Source of the DNA: Tubulanus polymorphus
Taxonomy: Eukaryota > Animalia > Nemertea
Direction: 5' to 3'
DNA: 64,000 bases
Assembly: GCF_964204645.1 (NCBI RefSeq)
Contig: NC_134026.1
Coordinates: forward strand, 2,503,950 to 2,567,949
Shown here piece by piece: positions 15,044-31,023 of this stretch. A program made the position numbers and the translations under genes. Within the stretch, counting starts at the first letter, position 1; every line of letters starts with the position of its first letter. The notes beneath the pieces were generated by a model. It was given only the letters and a program-made list of their open reading frames with translations, did no database searches and was not told where the DNA came from.

Positions 15044-16752
15044 ATGGCATCACCAAAAATCGATGTTATCGTGAGGAATGCAGCCACTGGAACAGGGGAA
15101 GGTCCATATTGGGACAATGAAAGTAAAACACTCTACCATATAGACCTCGTAGCTGGAGATGCTCATCGTTGGAATTCATTAACTAACGAAAATGAGGTCA
15201 TCTCTGTTAGTGGTGAGTACAACAACCATTGTCACCCTTGAAAATGCAGTTCCGCACAATACTGACTGTGGCTCTAGTGACATTGCTCAAGTTTCTCTAT
15301 CCGTAGATCGCCACTTAACATTTTTGATTCCAAGAAAAAGCGGAGGATTCATCGCTGGAAAAAAACAAAGCTTGATTCACTTCGACTGGGAAAATCCGTC
15401 CGAACAAACAATACTGGCTGAAGTTGAAGAGGGAATGAACACTCGATGGAATGATGGAAAATGTGATACATCCGGCCGTCTGTGGGCTGGTGAGCAGTTA
15501 CAATATTACCAAATACTAAATCATGAAGGATGAAATTAATTTCTCAAACCGTTGATCATTTCAGGGACAATGTGTGTTGAAATTGGTACTGTAGTACCAG
15601 TTGGAGGGTTAGGTTCATTGTATAGTATGGATTTAGATGGAACAGTAAAGAAACATGCCGATAAGTTTAGTATCTCTAACGGATTAGCTTGGTCTCTTGA
15701 TGATACCGTCATGTATTTTGCGGATAGTATGCACAGATGTGTATACGCATTCGACTATGATAAAAACACAGGTTTAGTCAGTAAGTATTCATTATTATAG
15801 CAGCACAGATTTTATTGCCAAATTTTCTGATTCCAATGATGTGCGAAAATATTTTTTTCAGCAAATCAAAGAGTAAGTGTAAAGTACCCGGATGACAAGC
15901 TGTATGGAGTTCCTGACGGGATGTGTTCCGATACGGAAGGAAAACTTTGGGTAGCTTGCTATGATGGCGATAGAATTGTCAGATTTGACCCGGAAACTGG
16001 TAAGTCTATAGGCCTATACATTGGCTACCGGTAAACAGTGGAACCTCGTTACAACGAACTTCAAGGGAACAGAAAATCTGTTGGTTATAACCAATAGTAT
16101 GTTATATCCATAGGCGTCCCCAAGGGGGGTGCGGGGTAGCGGACGCACCCCCTTTTCGAGATAGCTAACTTCTTAAGTTACTATGTAATCAATGTTCAAG
16201 ATTTTTCTTGACAATTTGACTAGTCTTATACCTCTAAATAATTCATTTAGAGCCTGGAAAACGTCTCTAAAGCCTCCAATTTTCAAAAAGTTTTTTGGGG
16301 GAGGCCCACCAAACACTAGACATTGTGCTTGGATGCTGGATTGATGCTAATTCGAACCCCCTATGAAAATTCCTGGGGACGCCTATGATATCCAGTATCA
16401 AATCATTAAAATTTTCCTTTGGGATGAAATTTTAGGTTTGCAATAACTGATAAATCAATTTATCCGAGGTCGAGGTTCTAATGAGGTTCCACTGTAGGCT
16501 ACTTAAGATAAAAAAGTGAATTAAAAGAGTTCGATGATTTCAGGCAAGATTATACAAGAATTACAAGTTCCCGTGAAAAATCCAACATCTTGCTGTTTCG
16601 GAGGGGAAAATCAAGATGAACTTTTTATCACATCATCCAGAACTGGATATACCGATGAAGAACTACGAACGAAAGACCCATTAGCTGGTTCCGTATTCAA
16701 AGTAACCGGACTCGGATTTAAAGGACCAGAAAATATCAAATTTCATGGATAA
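15044..16752 (+). CDS. RGN: Regucalcin/SMP-30 family, paralogue C (5 coding exons)
   Basis: [24 protein letters not shown]...[18 protein letters not shown]...SNGLAWS...PDGMCSD...PTSCCFGG; in-frame GT-AG splicing. Confidence 0.95.
16036..16494. mobile_element. Tc1/mariner-type MITE in regucalcin C intron 4 (outer element)
   Basis: TIRs cagtggaacctc / gaggttccactg, with TA on the right flank. Confidence 0.8.
16109..16387. mobile_element. Nested MITE inside the Tc1/mariner MITE
   Basis: 14-bp TIRs cataggcgtcccca / tggggacgcctatg flanked by an atatc duplication. Confidence 0.85.
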
Positions 16753-17756
16753 CTCTTGTTGTATCAGTATTTATTTGAAATGAGGGCCTACGTTATTTAC
16801 ATTACCTAAGCTTATATCTAAGTAATTGAAATCAATTATCATAAAAGCCTGATCATTTATTTGTACTGCCACTGGATGAATCAGACATAATAATGCAATG
16901 CAATATTGCCCAGAATCCAGTTTAACGAAAAGGATTTAGCCTATTCGGTGAAATTAATTAAATTTTTCCATTGATTCAGATTTAATTTCAGAGATCGACC
17001 TTGAAACTGGACCGCCTAAATAATTCAAAGTAGTCTAAAAGTGTCATCGTATTCATCCTCTCACTGGCTTATATGTATGTCAACATTTGTACTAATAATT
17101 ATCATAAAAAACTGCATGATAAATGTTTTTAATAAATCACATTTAACTTACTCTGTTAGTTAGTTTGTTATCCTCTCTTTCTGGTTCAGAGTATTTTGGC
17201 ATAGATTTTCCATACTTTTTTGTTCTTTGCCTGACGACAACATTCTATTTTCCCACCAAGGTTGGTTGAATGTGACTTCATGAATGTCGATATTTTATTT
17301 TCTCAACGTTTACAGGAACAGCAACGAAATGTCTACACGTCGAGATTCTTTTGAATTTGCCTCCATATTCCGTGTTAGCCGGTGCATGTGATACGGAAGT
17401 TACACACTCCTTTCAGAGAGAGAGTAGCTCAAAAAACTGAAGGTTTGACCACCTTTTGATTCTCCTTCCCGCTTAACACAGGCTTTATTGGTCGACGGCA
17501 TCTCTTGTCTTATAACTATTGATTCATTTAATGCAGCTAAATGATTAATACGAGTCATAAATACGCTTTAATCTTCAAAGAATATCGTGTTATTTTATAG
17601 TAGATGGCAGCACTATATGGTAAAGTGCAATTATTCGGGCTTTAGATGGAACCCGGCGCGTCTCACATTTGCTACTTGACATAGTTACACAATCCTCCAG
17701 TGAGAGATACTGAGAAAAGCTTTAAGTCGGTCTCACATAATATCTTTCAGCTGAAA

Positions 17757-18988
<1,232 letters not shown>

Positions 18989-19398
18989 AATACACTAGTT
19001 CAGTAAATGTGACCCTGTGATATGTTGCAGACTGGAAAAAGAAAAAATAAATAAACATTGAAATTATACGATGATAAGTATATATATTTTATAAAACAAG
19101 ACTCCAGTAAGATACGTAGACATCATGAACACATTAATGTATACAAAATAATCTATTTACAACAGTGATGATAAAACATGATTATCTGGTGCTATATTGT
19201 TTCAAATTAATCCACATTTTTTCCAATATTGTTATTAGAAACCCAGATTTCAGAATAGCTTGTAATACAGGATGGTGTTCCGTGAAAAGGTCTGGTTTTG
19301 AAACATTATGAAACCGAAGAACTTTTGAAATGGGATCCAGATCAGTACTTTTCTGTATCAAATAAATAAATAATCGTGTAGATAATTTTTGTTCATTC

Positions 19399-22300
19399 TT
19401 AGTGTTCCATCTTTTCCTCAGTTGTTTCTTCAGTTGGCTGAGCTGGTGTTTCAGTCTTTTCAGCAGGAGATTCAGTCTGGGGTTTTTCTGCGGTTTTTTC
19501 GCTGTTAGAAATATTTAAAAAATTTCGATAAGACAGAATTCTAAATTATCAACAGCTCGCTTTAATCAGGCAATTTTTCATTGACTTACACTTTTTCTGC
19601 CTCTTTAGGACTTTCTGCTGGTTCTTGTTTCGGTTCTTTGACGGGAGCTTCTTTGTTAGCATCACCTGAAGATTCCGGCACTGCAGCTGTCGCCGCTGGT
19701 TCTTCTTTTTTATCAACATTTTCTTCAGTCTTGACGCGTTTTCTCTTGAAACTCTGTCGATCTTTCTTCGTTTCATCGTCTTCGCTGTCAGAGAATTCCA
19801 TGTCTCCAGTAATCCGTTTGTCACTTGCACGAACTGAAAGTGAAGTGAACCAATGCGACGTTCATATAATTGCTCTAAATAATAACTTTCTAACAATCTC
19901 CTTATACAGGGTCCCTTCAGATCGGTCATTTTTGGATAACTGAAGCTTTCAAGGAATTTTAAAGAAGAAAACTTCATATTTCAAGGAAGTATCTACATCA
20001 CTTCTTCACAAATCGGTAATGCTTATCTCGGTAAACCGTTAATGCTGTGGTTTTATGAACAAATTTTCATCCTTTTCTAACAATCTCCTTATACAGGGTC
20101 CCTTCAGGATCAGTCATTCTTGGATATCCAGAGAAAATTTCATATTTCAAGGAAACCACTGCATCACTTATACATCCCAATTACTGTAGACTCCTCCCAA
20201 ATCGGTACTGTTAATCTCAGTAAACCATTAATGCTGCGGTTAACTAATTCGGTATCCGCATACCGTAATAGGGTAAAAACAAAATCCAGGTCCCAGTTTA
20301 GGCATTGTATAATGTGAAACTTCTAAAATATATTTTGCCTATCGGTATTTCGATTTTTAAAGGAGTTTCTTACATTTTGCTCAAATCGAAGGAGTTTCAA
20401 GCACCTTTCTAAAGTATTTTCCATGCAGATGGAAGTTTTTAAGGAATCAAGGAGTTGAAGGGAGCCTGCTTATAGTAAATTATGATAGGGCATAAGGTAA
20501 TTGAAAACTTACTAGAAATGCGTTCATCTGGATTCTCTTTGTCTTCCTCTTCACTTTCATCATTGATTCCATCTTCTGGTATAGCTATAACAAATATAAA
20601 ATCGAACTCTAACCAATCTTCAAAGAAATAACAATCGATTCAATACAGCATGAAATTAAAACATAATCTATTTACCAGTCATTTGAACTCCTGGTGCATG
20701 AGGAAGCATTCGCAGATTTTCAAACAATCTTGTTCTGTAAATAAATACCACAATTTCACTTACTTTTCACTCACCCAACCTGAATTGGTGGTCATATTTT
20801 TCATCATTACTCACTTGATCTTATCCAGATACTCTGGTGTGTTCTGATTAGCCATATTTGATGGACTGATATGAAGTTTAAAATCGGGACCATAGTACTC
20901 GAAATAATCATTGTAAGGCAGTTCTGAAATGGATAAAGATAAAATTCTTTTTAGTCAATCTAAATAGTTTCCTTTTTTTGGTTGAACTTAATAATGCCAG
21001 TCACTTACCATTAGCGATTTCAACTCCTAGAGCTAATGATGTTTCGTACGTCCAACATCTAGCAACGTTACGTATGGTATAACCTCCACCACCTAGTAAC
21101 AATAATGGCAGGTTGTATTTCTTCACGAATTCCAAACATTTGCCATGACCTTTCAGAGTCAGATTGAAACAACCGAGTCGATCTCCAGATAGAGAATCAG
21201 CTCCACATTGTAAGACTACTGCGCTAGGCTGATATGTCTCCATTACTTTGGTCATTACCTACAAAACAAATGTTCAAATATTCACCGCTGAATTCTCAAG
21301 GGAACCTTAGCTGGTTAGTTTCCAATATTTAAAGCTTACCGGTGCAAATATAGATTCATAGGAGTCGTCGTCGATTCCATCTCGAAGTGGGAAATTCACG
21401 GCATAATATTTCCCTTTTCCAGCGCCTATATCCTAAAAATATCAAACAAATTAAGAATTTTTTCCCAGCAATCATGAGACGAGCTTATTCTTCAAACGAC
21501 GACGAATCGTGAAGTACAGTTACCTTGAGATCTCCTGTTCCCGGGAAATACTCTCCGTACTTATGAAAAGAAACGGTCATAACGCGATCGGTCGTGTAAA
21601 ACGCTTCTTCAACACCATCACCGTGATGAATATCAATATCTATATACAATACTCTCTGATGATATCTAGAAAAAACATGCGAGAAGCAAGATCAGTCAGT
21701 CTGTCGAGACGTTTAGTGTCACTTTTTACTGCCCCCAGCTTTGCCTTCAATGCATTTCATCTTGTCAGCCATAACATATTTTGTCTGAACTGTCTCATTA
21801 GAAGATTTATCACATAAAATTTAATCATTAAATACAACATTTTTGAAAATCTTTCAAAATGTTCAACAAACTTAATAAATAGAAAGCAGCTGATGAAGCT
21901 GGGAAACCGATTTCTAACTTACTTCAGTAATTCCAGAATCGCGAGAACGATGTCATTGACATAGCAGAATCCAGACGCCTCTGATTTCTTAGCATGATGA
22001 AGACCACCGCCCCAATTTACGGCGATATCTGCAGCTTGTTTATTCAGTTTCACGGCACCAGCTTTAATCGGAATTAATCTAATTAATATCTCGAATGAGC
22101 AAATCATCATTTACGATAACACAACCTGATTACGTACCAACTGATCCTCCAGTAGATAGCTGACAAAATTCATACATTCCATCAAACACTGGACAATCTT
22201 CTCCAACATTAACTGATGAAGTAAAGAAAATACAGCTATCATTAATCAGTAGCTTAATAATAAATAGCAAATTTATCTTTCTAAAAACATATTGACTATG

Positions 22301-23255
22301 TATTGTATAGACAGACAAAGCACTCCTAATGAGAATATTGCTCTCAAATCAGATAGAGACAAATACTGGTAGATGAATGAAATTCAAACTCACAGCGTTG
22401 CATTTGTTTATTGTATTCGGACATGTTATCTGGTCTGATGCTGCGTAGAAATTTAATATAATCATCGCTATGAAACTTAGTCATCTCTTCTTGAGTCGCC
22501 TTGTGTGGGCGCTAAAAATGAGAGAAAAATTATCACATAACGGACAAAAAAAAATTCAGATTGTTCTTTTAACAGCAGCGCAAAATCAGAGCAGATTTCT
22601 GAGAAACTTACGTAAATTTCCATCTTTCTGTAAAGTCCATAATTCAAGAGAAGATTATGAGTCATGCGTATTCTGTGTGGTTTCATCGGATGGCCTTGTC
22701 CATAATAGTAATTTCCGATGTCACCTTAGATTAGAGCAAAATAAAAATATTTGAATAAGATTTTCTGGATTTAGATAAGGCCCTATATTACATAAATACC
22801 GACAACCTAATTAAAAAAACATGTTATAAAGAAGTGTATAAAATTTTAAGAGAACAATAAGATTTCTAACTTCTGGTACATAAAAGTGTTCAACTAAATG
22901 GGCTACCATACAATCAGGATTCGTATGCGAATGCACAGCTATATTCTACGGTGGCCTGTTATTGATAAAACCACGACGTTGCACATGAAAAAAATAAAAG
23001 TTTATTTTTACAAGCAAATCAGAAGGAATAGAATAGAAAAAGTTCACAAAATATCGCGCATCCGAAGGATTCTCGGATTCACCTTCCGATGGACCGTAAT
23101 TCTCACTCAAAAACAATGCTTAATTCGACAAATTTGTATCCAGTCGCTAGCCTAGAACGATATCTTCATTACTAAATCAGATTTGGATAAAAGTAGAGCT
23201 TACCATCGTAATAATAACAGATTTTCTTCTTGCTGTGAGGAGCCTGCGTCGCCAT
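19399..23255 (-). CDS. HDAC1: Class I histone deacetylase HDAC1/2 (Rpd3), multi-exon
   Basis: [96 protein letters not shown] and an acidic/Lys-rich tail with EFSDSED. Confidence 0.97.
19888..20468. mobile_element. MITE in an HDAC1 intron with its left end tandemly duplicated (~186-bp period)
   Basis: cagggtcccttca at 19907 and ~20094, right end tgaagggagcctg, cttata on both flanks; 19888-20050 is similar to 20074-20240. Confidence 0.7.
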
Positions 23256-24710
23256 CCTTTCTGATTTGGGCAAAGAACAGGTGGCGGCACCGTACGGTAC
23301 AACGATTGCAGTACAGCGACTGTCGGGACTAATAGAAATCCGTGACCACTATTCAAAATACACGAAGACAATGTAGTGCAGTTAGTCTTCAAGCTTACTT
23401 CGCTCATACTCATAGATTTCTATAGCGAAATGTAATCAGAGTTCAAAAGAAACTAATAACAAATAAAAAGCCGAAAATAAAAAGAAAATTGAATTTTTTA
23501 TTTAAATGATGTTGATTGATTGCACAGGCTTTCTGCTTGAGACAAAGATAATATAATATCAACAGGCAATTTTAAAACAACTAGTGGAAGGGTAAATGTG
23601 TTTCCATATCTGCTTTCAGACTTTTTAGTACAAAAAATAGTATATAATTACATTACTGAAAATATTGACATAAAACAATGCGCGTACAGGTAGGCTACCT
23701 GATGAAACCACCCTCTAGATAACCAACACCTTGGAATTAAGGTTAAAGCCGTAATTTTTTGCCCTTCATTTAAAAATAACAATGCTTTCAAGTAAAGACG
23801 ATTGAAATAATATGTTCATCTCTAGAATATTTCCAAACTTATAGACAAATGATATGTTTAATATTTCATTAAAATGAGATTACGGTACATGTATCTTATA
23901 ATTCTTACAAACTCGGCACAAAATTTATTATCCATGCAGTTATTAAACTAAACGAATAGTCTTATCATTTGGTGAACAAACTGAAAGCTTTTATGCGGTT
24001 CTCTTTTTTTTATGGTAAACACTGTACCAAATATCATTCGTTTGAACAATTCGGTCCAAATGTTCGCATAACAGCAGACATGAGAAAGTCTTAACACAGA
24101 AACAAAATAAATGGCTAGTTTTCTGTATGTAAATGGTTAATTTCTCGTATGTAAATGGTTAGTTTTCCGTATGGTGACAACTGAATGAAACCTATACAGC
24201 ATATCAAATCACCGGGAGTTGAAAAACTTAAATTAAAAACTAAAAATTCTAAATTTGATTTCACAGTGATAGTTTTCTGAGATTCGACAAAATATTTCCA
24301 AAAAGTAATACCTTACTTGTAATAACAAAAATAAAAGTGCAGGTGACCACCAGCTGTACGAGTGCTACTCATGAAATATCTAACAATATCGTTAAGTGTG
24401 TCAGTTTACACGACTATACCTCTCAAACGAATAGCAACTGTAAGTTTGGAAACTTTAAAATATAAAATGAAACTCCCTGAATTGAGGCTCTAGATCTGCT
24501 GAGGGAGAGGTCGAAAAGAGACAGTTTGTCATATACAATACAAATCTATAAACACCATAACATTGTAAACGCTATACAAGCAAAATGAATTAAAGCAAAG
24601 CATATTATAAGTCATGGATGCGAATACAATATTTGTCAGCAGCAGTACAAATAATCAATAAATAATAAACAACATTCGTGTTCTAAAATACACAGGTTAA
24701 TTAATTAAAT

Positions 24711-24885
24711 AGTCAAACCTCATTGAAATGAACCTTGTAGGCAGCAGTCAAAGTCATTGTACTAAAATACGAGGTCTTATAATTTCTAAATATGGATAAA
24801 AATGAATATCTCGACCTAGACATCAGGAAATCTTCGTACTAAAGATTTTTGTATTTAGAGCAAATGCATTGATGAGGTTTGACAG
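24711..24885. mobile_element. Degenerate Tc1/mariner-type MITE
   Basis: gtcaaacctcat ... atgaggtttgac inverted ends. Confidence 0.6.
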
Positions 24886-25152
24886 CATAGAGTGGTGAAA
24901 ATATAAATGATATTCTGATCCAACATGTTCGTGATAAAATGTAGGATTTGATCAATTTTGCATATCATTCTGAAATTCAAAAACGGCCCAACAAAAACTG
25001 AAATGAATCGACTACTTTTATATAACTCAGAATATTAAGACTGCCCTGTATGAGGGATAGAAATATAATGACATGTGTAAATAGTACATGTCCACAACCG
25101 TGGGGTTTTTTCAGTAAATTTACAAATTTTCAGATAAATGCCAGTTCTCTTT

Positions 25153-25175
25153 GAGAGAGAGAGAGAAAGAGAGGG
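25153..25175. repeat. (GA)n microsatellite
   Basis: Direct reading. Confidence 0.85.
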
Positions 25176-26370
25176 AACAGGAGACAATAAAACGGTCATA
25201 CTGTTATTTACAAACCATCCTTCTATATGTACAACTATTCCGGACCAGACAAACGCATTCAGATTTACAATTAATGACGACTACTTCAGCATTTGAGCAA
25301 ATGAACTCAAACGTAGTAGATTTTTAACCACAGTTCTTATGCAAAAGCATATTGCCTATACAAATAACTAAAGAAAGTTGAACACTAAGCTGGTAGTTAA
25401 TGACTGTTGTTGTCAATGAATACTTTCATTTCCTTTACAGAAGAAATGTATTTGTACGGCATGTGTTCAAATGCACAAGCGATCATCAGAACCGAGATTA
25501 ATCTCGTTATTCATATTTTCCTATTTAAGTTTACATGCTTTTGAATTTCCTATTCGAAGCAATTTATCATAACAAAAATCTCTACAAGATAAATAATGAC
25601 TCAAAAATACCATTACATGAATTCACATAATCAATTTAACCACGTAATTATTGGCATTATTTATCATAATTGTTCATTTAAGCATCTCGCATCTTTATAC
25701 ATCGCGCATGCATTAAAAATCTCAAAATACATTGATGAAAAATGTACACCAAAATTCCTCATTCCTATAATGTTACAAATAATGATTAATACCGGTATGA
25801 TATTATAGTTATACCGTATACGGATTGATTCTCTCATTTCTGACAGCTTCTCACCAGTTCATATAAGGGCTATACTTCTCTCATTTAACACCGCTTCCTC
25901 ATAATGGTAATAAGACAAAATATCGAAGACGTTTCTTCCTTTTCAAGCGCACGAAAAAAACGATCTATCGTTCCAACAAACGTTTTCGAATAAAAAAGCA
26001 TCAGCCACAACACACTGAATGATTGTAGAAACACAAGAAATGCTAGCAAGATTATGTTACCCTCAAACATTCTTGTGCATAGAATTCTTCATTTGAGCTA
26101 ATGTTCCGCCCCTGATACCGCGTTCACACTTACTGGCATTATATACAACATTGGGATTATGAGACCTTGTCTACGTTCAAAAAGTTATTTAAAACTTCAT
26201 TTAAAAGTTATGCCGCACCAGAAATGAAAACCATAGTTTTTAGGGACAGATGAAAATGTAACGGGTTAATAGGCAAACTTAGTGACTTGATCGTAATTCA
26301 AAATGAAATATTCAGGAGCCGTATAATATCATACAATAGTGTTTTTCCTCCTTTTCTAGGCAGTCGTTAA

Positions 26371-29300
26371 CTATACAAAAGTATAGTGATTCTCGATAGC
26401 TCTGCCCTGTAGAGCTTGAGCCTGTTCGCGAGTCATATTTTCTAAAGATTCTGTTCTCATTCGTACGGAGCCACCGACTGTCCACACAGTTCCCACTGCG
26501 CTTTCACCACCGCTGGAATTAGTCGATCCCGTATTATGACTGTGCGGACTACGAGGACGTTCGGCAGCCACGACGTAATCCATCAACGTAACGTCTGAAA
26601 CGCCGCCCGATTCAAGCGGAATCGGATGAGTACGGAAATGTTCGAGCATATCGAATATCGTTTGAAACCACAAGTGTTGAACTCGACACTGTCCTTCGCT
26701 ATTGATCGTCATACGGAGATGCTGAAACACCGTTAAAAATATCATCGTGTAAAAATCTAAATCATATAAACATGAAAGAAATTAATGATTCACATTTAGT
26801 TCATTCAAGCTGCAAACTATTGATAAGTAACAAAATACACTTTTTGATATCTCAAATCATTTAGCCACCCTCTCTTGACGCCTATAGTAAGAATGCTGGT
26901 ATAGCCACCTATAAGTGTCTACGTTTACGAGCAAATGATCACAGCCATGAAATGAGTGAATTCGTAGAAAACACAGCAGGAACGGTTTAGGAATAGGAAC
27001 TAATGAACTTGCCCTACACCGAGGAAATAGTTGGGTTGTATGATGAACGAGTTGTGGGCTTTTCTCTAACCCTGACTTACCTTAGCTCGACCCTGGAAGT
27101 TGAATGTGAGTACGTATTCGCCTTTCCTGGTTTCGCTTTGTCGAATGAGGAAGATACCGTGACCCGAAACGCCCTGTAACAACACAAACGTCGCAGCATC
27201 CATTCTCGATAACGTTCCATGAAACCACGGATAATCTCTTAACAACTGATCCATATTGACCTCGGCACCAGCTGTTATTCCGTGATCACCTGTGTGAAAT
27301 AATTACAACACTTCAATACAAACACACAGTCTCACAGGAGCTTTAGTTTAACTGCTCCATCAAAAAGACTTAGCATTCGATTCATGCATCTAGTTCCCAG
27401 CATTAAGTATTGAGGTACTGGCCACAAACCATCAATTACAATATGTAGCGAAAATTTGTTAATTTTCAGGGAAAATTCAACTGGATTATTAGTTTCCCAA
27501 TTCCGAATGAAGTCAAGCCTACTTAATCCAGATCAGTTTGATCCAGGCCTTGATTCAATATGTTTATCATTTAAGGTTCACATACATAACTATATTGTCA
27601 ACTAATATTCTCAGATTTCTCATTAATCATCACATCAGTCCCGAATTATCAGATTTAAAACAGGTTCTACAGTACGGTCGATCAAACAAGTCATCAAATA
27701 GATTCAGCTAGACTATCCCATTCAGTATTTCATTTACGCATCATTTGTATGACGTACACGTACTTTGAAATAACAAGAAATAGATAGCGAAGAATAAATC
27801 AACAAATACCTGCTCCAATTCGAGGTGAACCTGCATCACTACTCGGACTTGCAGACAATCGATGTGTCGAAGCTAATCCGGCACTGGAACCAGTACGCAT
27901 GATCGAACTAAGCGGTCTAGTAGGGGTACGTGGAGGTAACTCGGGTGGATGCTCACTGCTACTCAAACTGTTCTGAGACAATCGATTCTGAGATGATAAA
28001 ACCGCCGATTCCATTTCTAAACGAGAGGAATCGCCAGATCTGAGGTATTGCATTCAATGTATAAATCTTGATATGATTGCAATAAGATCAAGTACATGCT
28101 GGTTCTTACAAATCAGGAGCTATTACAATTTCCCCATATTTTTCTGACACTAGACCAAAAATTCCCTGAATGAAGTACAAGATATCCACAGCATGGGCTG
28201 TTTCTTATCACTTGTCACCATCAAGAACAACGCGACACCAAAAATTTCAATTTTTCAATGTCTTTTCATGATTTTTTCAAGAAAAACTCCCAATGAATTT
28301 CCCAATGTGTAAGGACCAGAATGAGATAAGAACCCTGTATACAAGATGAACATACCTGCACCCTTCGGTGGCAAAGCAACAGATAGAGCACCTTGTGTTT
28401 TGCTAGCCATAGTAGCTGCACCGGGCGACCCTGTTACTGTAGGAGGACTATAAAGAGATCCCTAAATGATTATCGTCATTATACACTCTATTCACAGCTC
28501 AATAAATGAAGGACTATTTACCAAGTAACTCGAGTTCTAGGTCTAATGCAAGCCTTTATCACAGCGAGCCAAGATTTCAACTCTTTCACATTCGGAGTTT
28601 CAAATATATATTCCACGTTATTCTCAGCCTGTGAAAGTGAATAAAACAATTTGAACAAAAAGCTTTGACGCCAGTTTAATTCGCACCAGTTCAATCCAGA
28701 TTTTAATCTTATTTGAATGTCTTTTACAACAGGTCACATAAGTATCCATAAAATATGATGTTAAAATCCAGATTTAACATCATTCCAAATGATCCGAATG
28801 AAGCAGGTACTACAAAAAACTGCTATATATCATGAACTTTGGAAATACAGCTGTAACCACACTGACTGTACGGGCTCTACCGCGCAGCAGTTTTAGAGGG
28901 TAAATATTTTGAATAATAGAAAATCCTTACCCGGATAACAAAAGAATGTTCTCTATCAGGCATTTCTAGTGCAGTTGTCTCGCGAACTTCCGTGATTAGG
29001 TAACAAAACACACCACCTTTCGGTTTCAAACTCTAGAACACAGAAATATTCAATAATGAAAGAAAAAAACTAAAAGAACATTACAATTAAACTAAACCTC
29101 ATGTAAGTTGGATGAACTTCCTAGAGGAATAGGTTCTGTCTACCCTTTATTCAAAATCACAGCACTTTCGTAGTCCAAATAATTGTTGGTGTATCAAAAC
29201 CACTAGCCGGTTTTGTGTATTGAAGAATTACTTGCCTTGATTGGAGTATAATATTCCAACATGAAACCGGCCGTTGTTTTAATCAGGCTCAATTTCGTTT

Positions 29301-30054
29301 TTTCCCAATGCGTTTTTCCTGTCTGATCCTCCCCGATCAACTGATGAACGACGCTCTCTTTCAACACTTCCACGATCATTTTACGTATTTTAGATTTTTC
29401 CAGCTTGTCTTTGCCGCCTAAACCGAGATATCTACGCCGCGAATAGTTCATACTCGAATCCGACGCCAGTTCGACTTCGTCGGAGTTTTGTTTGTTAAAA
29501 AGTCCGCGCACGCTGCCTTTGAAACTTCGAAACGACCACTTGCGTAAACGAAACGGTTTATGTTTCGAGGCCTGTTCTCGTTCGCAATAGTCGTGTTCGC
29601 AGTCGTCGAATGTGATATCTTTCATCGACGAGTTTCTCATACTGGAAGGCATCGTCGCCGGTCGCGACGCCGTATTCTGAAGTTGGTGGTCACCGTTTCG
29701 TAAAATCTGCGGTTTCGGCGGAAAATACGGTTCGAACATTTTAACGAGGGGTCGGTCGCCTTGGTCATTCGGAGTAGCGTGACAATATTCGTATTCTAGA
29801 ATCTCTTCTTCTAGTAGGCGAGCGTGTTTAGTGTCGATGTGTTGAAAGAAATAATGTCGAAATAACTGCTCGAAGTAACGCATGTATCTTCGACCGATTC
29901 CCGATTCGTCCAAGGTCGCGTTTTCTTGTATGAATTTGTTAAATCCGCTGACGCACTCGAGCGCTAACGTCAAAGCTTGCTGTTCACAAAATTCAGTCCA
30001 GTCGACACCGCTGCTGCTACTAGTACTAGCTGCATCTCCATTCATAGCAGCCAT
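26371..30054 (-). CDS. SH2B: SH2B family adaptor (SH2B/APS/Lnk): N-terminal dimerisation region, PH domain, SH2 domain
   Basis: N-terminal WTEFCE, PH exons ([17 protein letters not shown]), SH2 [10 protein letters not shown]...[27 protein letters not shown]...[17 protein letters not shown]-terminal [10 protein letters not shown] resembling the SH2B Cbl-binding Tyr motif. Confidence 0.95.
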
Positions 30055-30599
30055 ATTCCTAAAACAATCAAAACTATTATAGATAATACGATTAGAAATG
30101 CGACCAGGGCCTAGTTTTACAAAAATAAGTTGGAAATATTTCATGTCTATGATGGGTCCTCCTTATTACCGAGATGACGTAATTTACCGAGATGACATGA
30201 AATATAGCATATTTATTTACTCCTTATCGATTGTAACACTTGAAATCATGTTAAAGGGTAATAAGGAGGACCGTCTATGATTATGAACCACAAATGTCAA
30301 TCTCATTCAATGTAACCAGGATCGGTTGTTGTTGAGAAAAAATGCACTTACAACACTTTTTTGGTTGTTTTAATATCCTGAGCATGAGATTGATGGATGA
30401 TCTACACGGCTACAACATTATATCGGATGATTACTAAAGGAGGACGGCACACCGAATTGAGAACACGTCTTTGACAGTTGTAAATAAATTGAGATTGAAT
30501 TGATTGTGTAGTAGGGATGGGCAAAAAGAATATAAAGTTGATGATACGATTAAAACAGCAGAACGATTACGTTTTCAAATGATGAAATATTGAAGACAA

Positions 30600-31023
30600 G
30601 TTACCTGCCTGATAAGTCAAGGGCAAGAGTAATAAATCACGATTGTAGTAAGTGTAAATGCGAATAAATTAAATCAGAATGAATGAACGCGCAGTGACTT
30701 CCATTTCCATGGCTCAATCAGATTGCGCAAATTTCGTTTCGTCTGTCGATGTTTAGCATTGTAGCAACAACACCAGCCCTGCACTTTTTGGTAGGTTCGA
30801 ATCCCACTCACTCCACGCATTATTGGGGTTTTGTTGGCGGTTAGAGTGCATGAAATGGTATAAGTGCTAAAATTCAAAAAGATTCAAATTTGTACCAAAT
30901 ACCATATCATATGCCATTGCAATGGCAATGCCAATGCCAGGTTTTCAACCGACGGTGCAGGTTTGCACAACGGGCCAATATTCAATCCGCGTTTTACAGC
31001 GTACCGACGAGTAAAATGATAAA
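30600..31023. promoter_or_regulatory. Probable bidirectional promoter SH2B/APPBP2
   Basis: Minus-strand donor near 30604 (candidate non-coding SH2B exon 1) and APPBP2 ATG at 31024; CCAAT boxes on both strands; B-box-like word at 30795. Confidence 0.6.

Noticed and set aside
19549-19977. Overlapping 142-aa and 120-aa ORFs
   Set aside because: Alternative-frame and antisense shadows of an HDAC1 C-terminal exon plus intronic MITE sequence.
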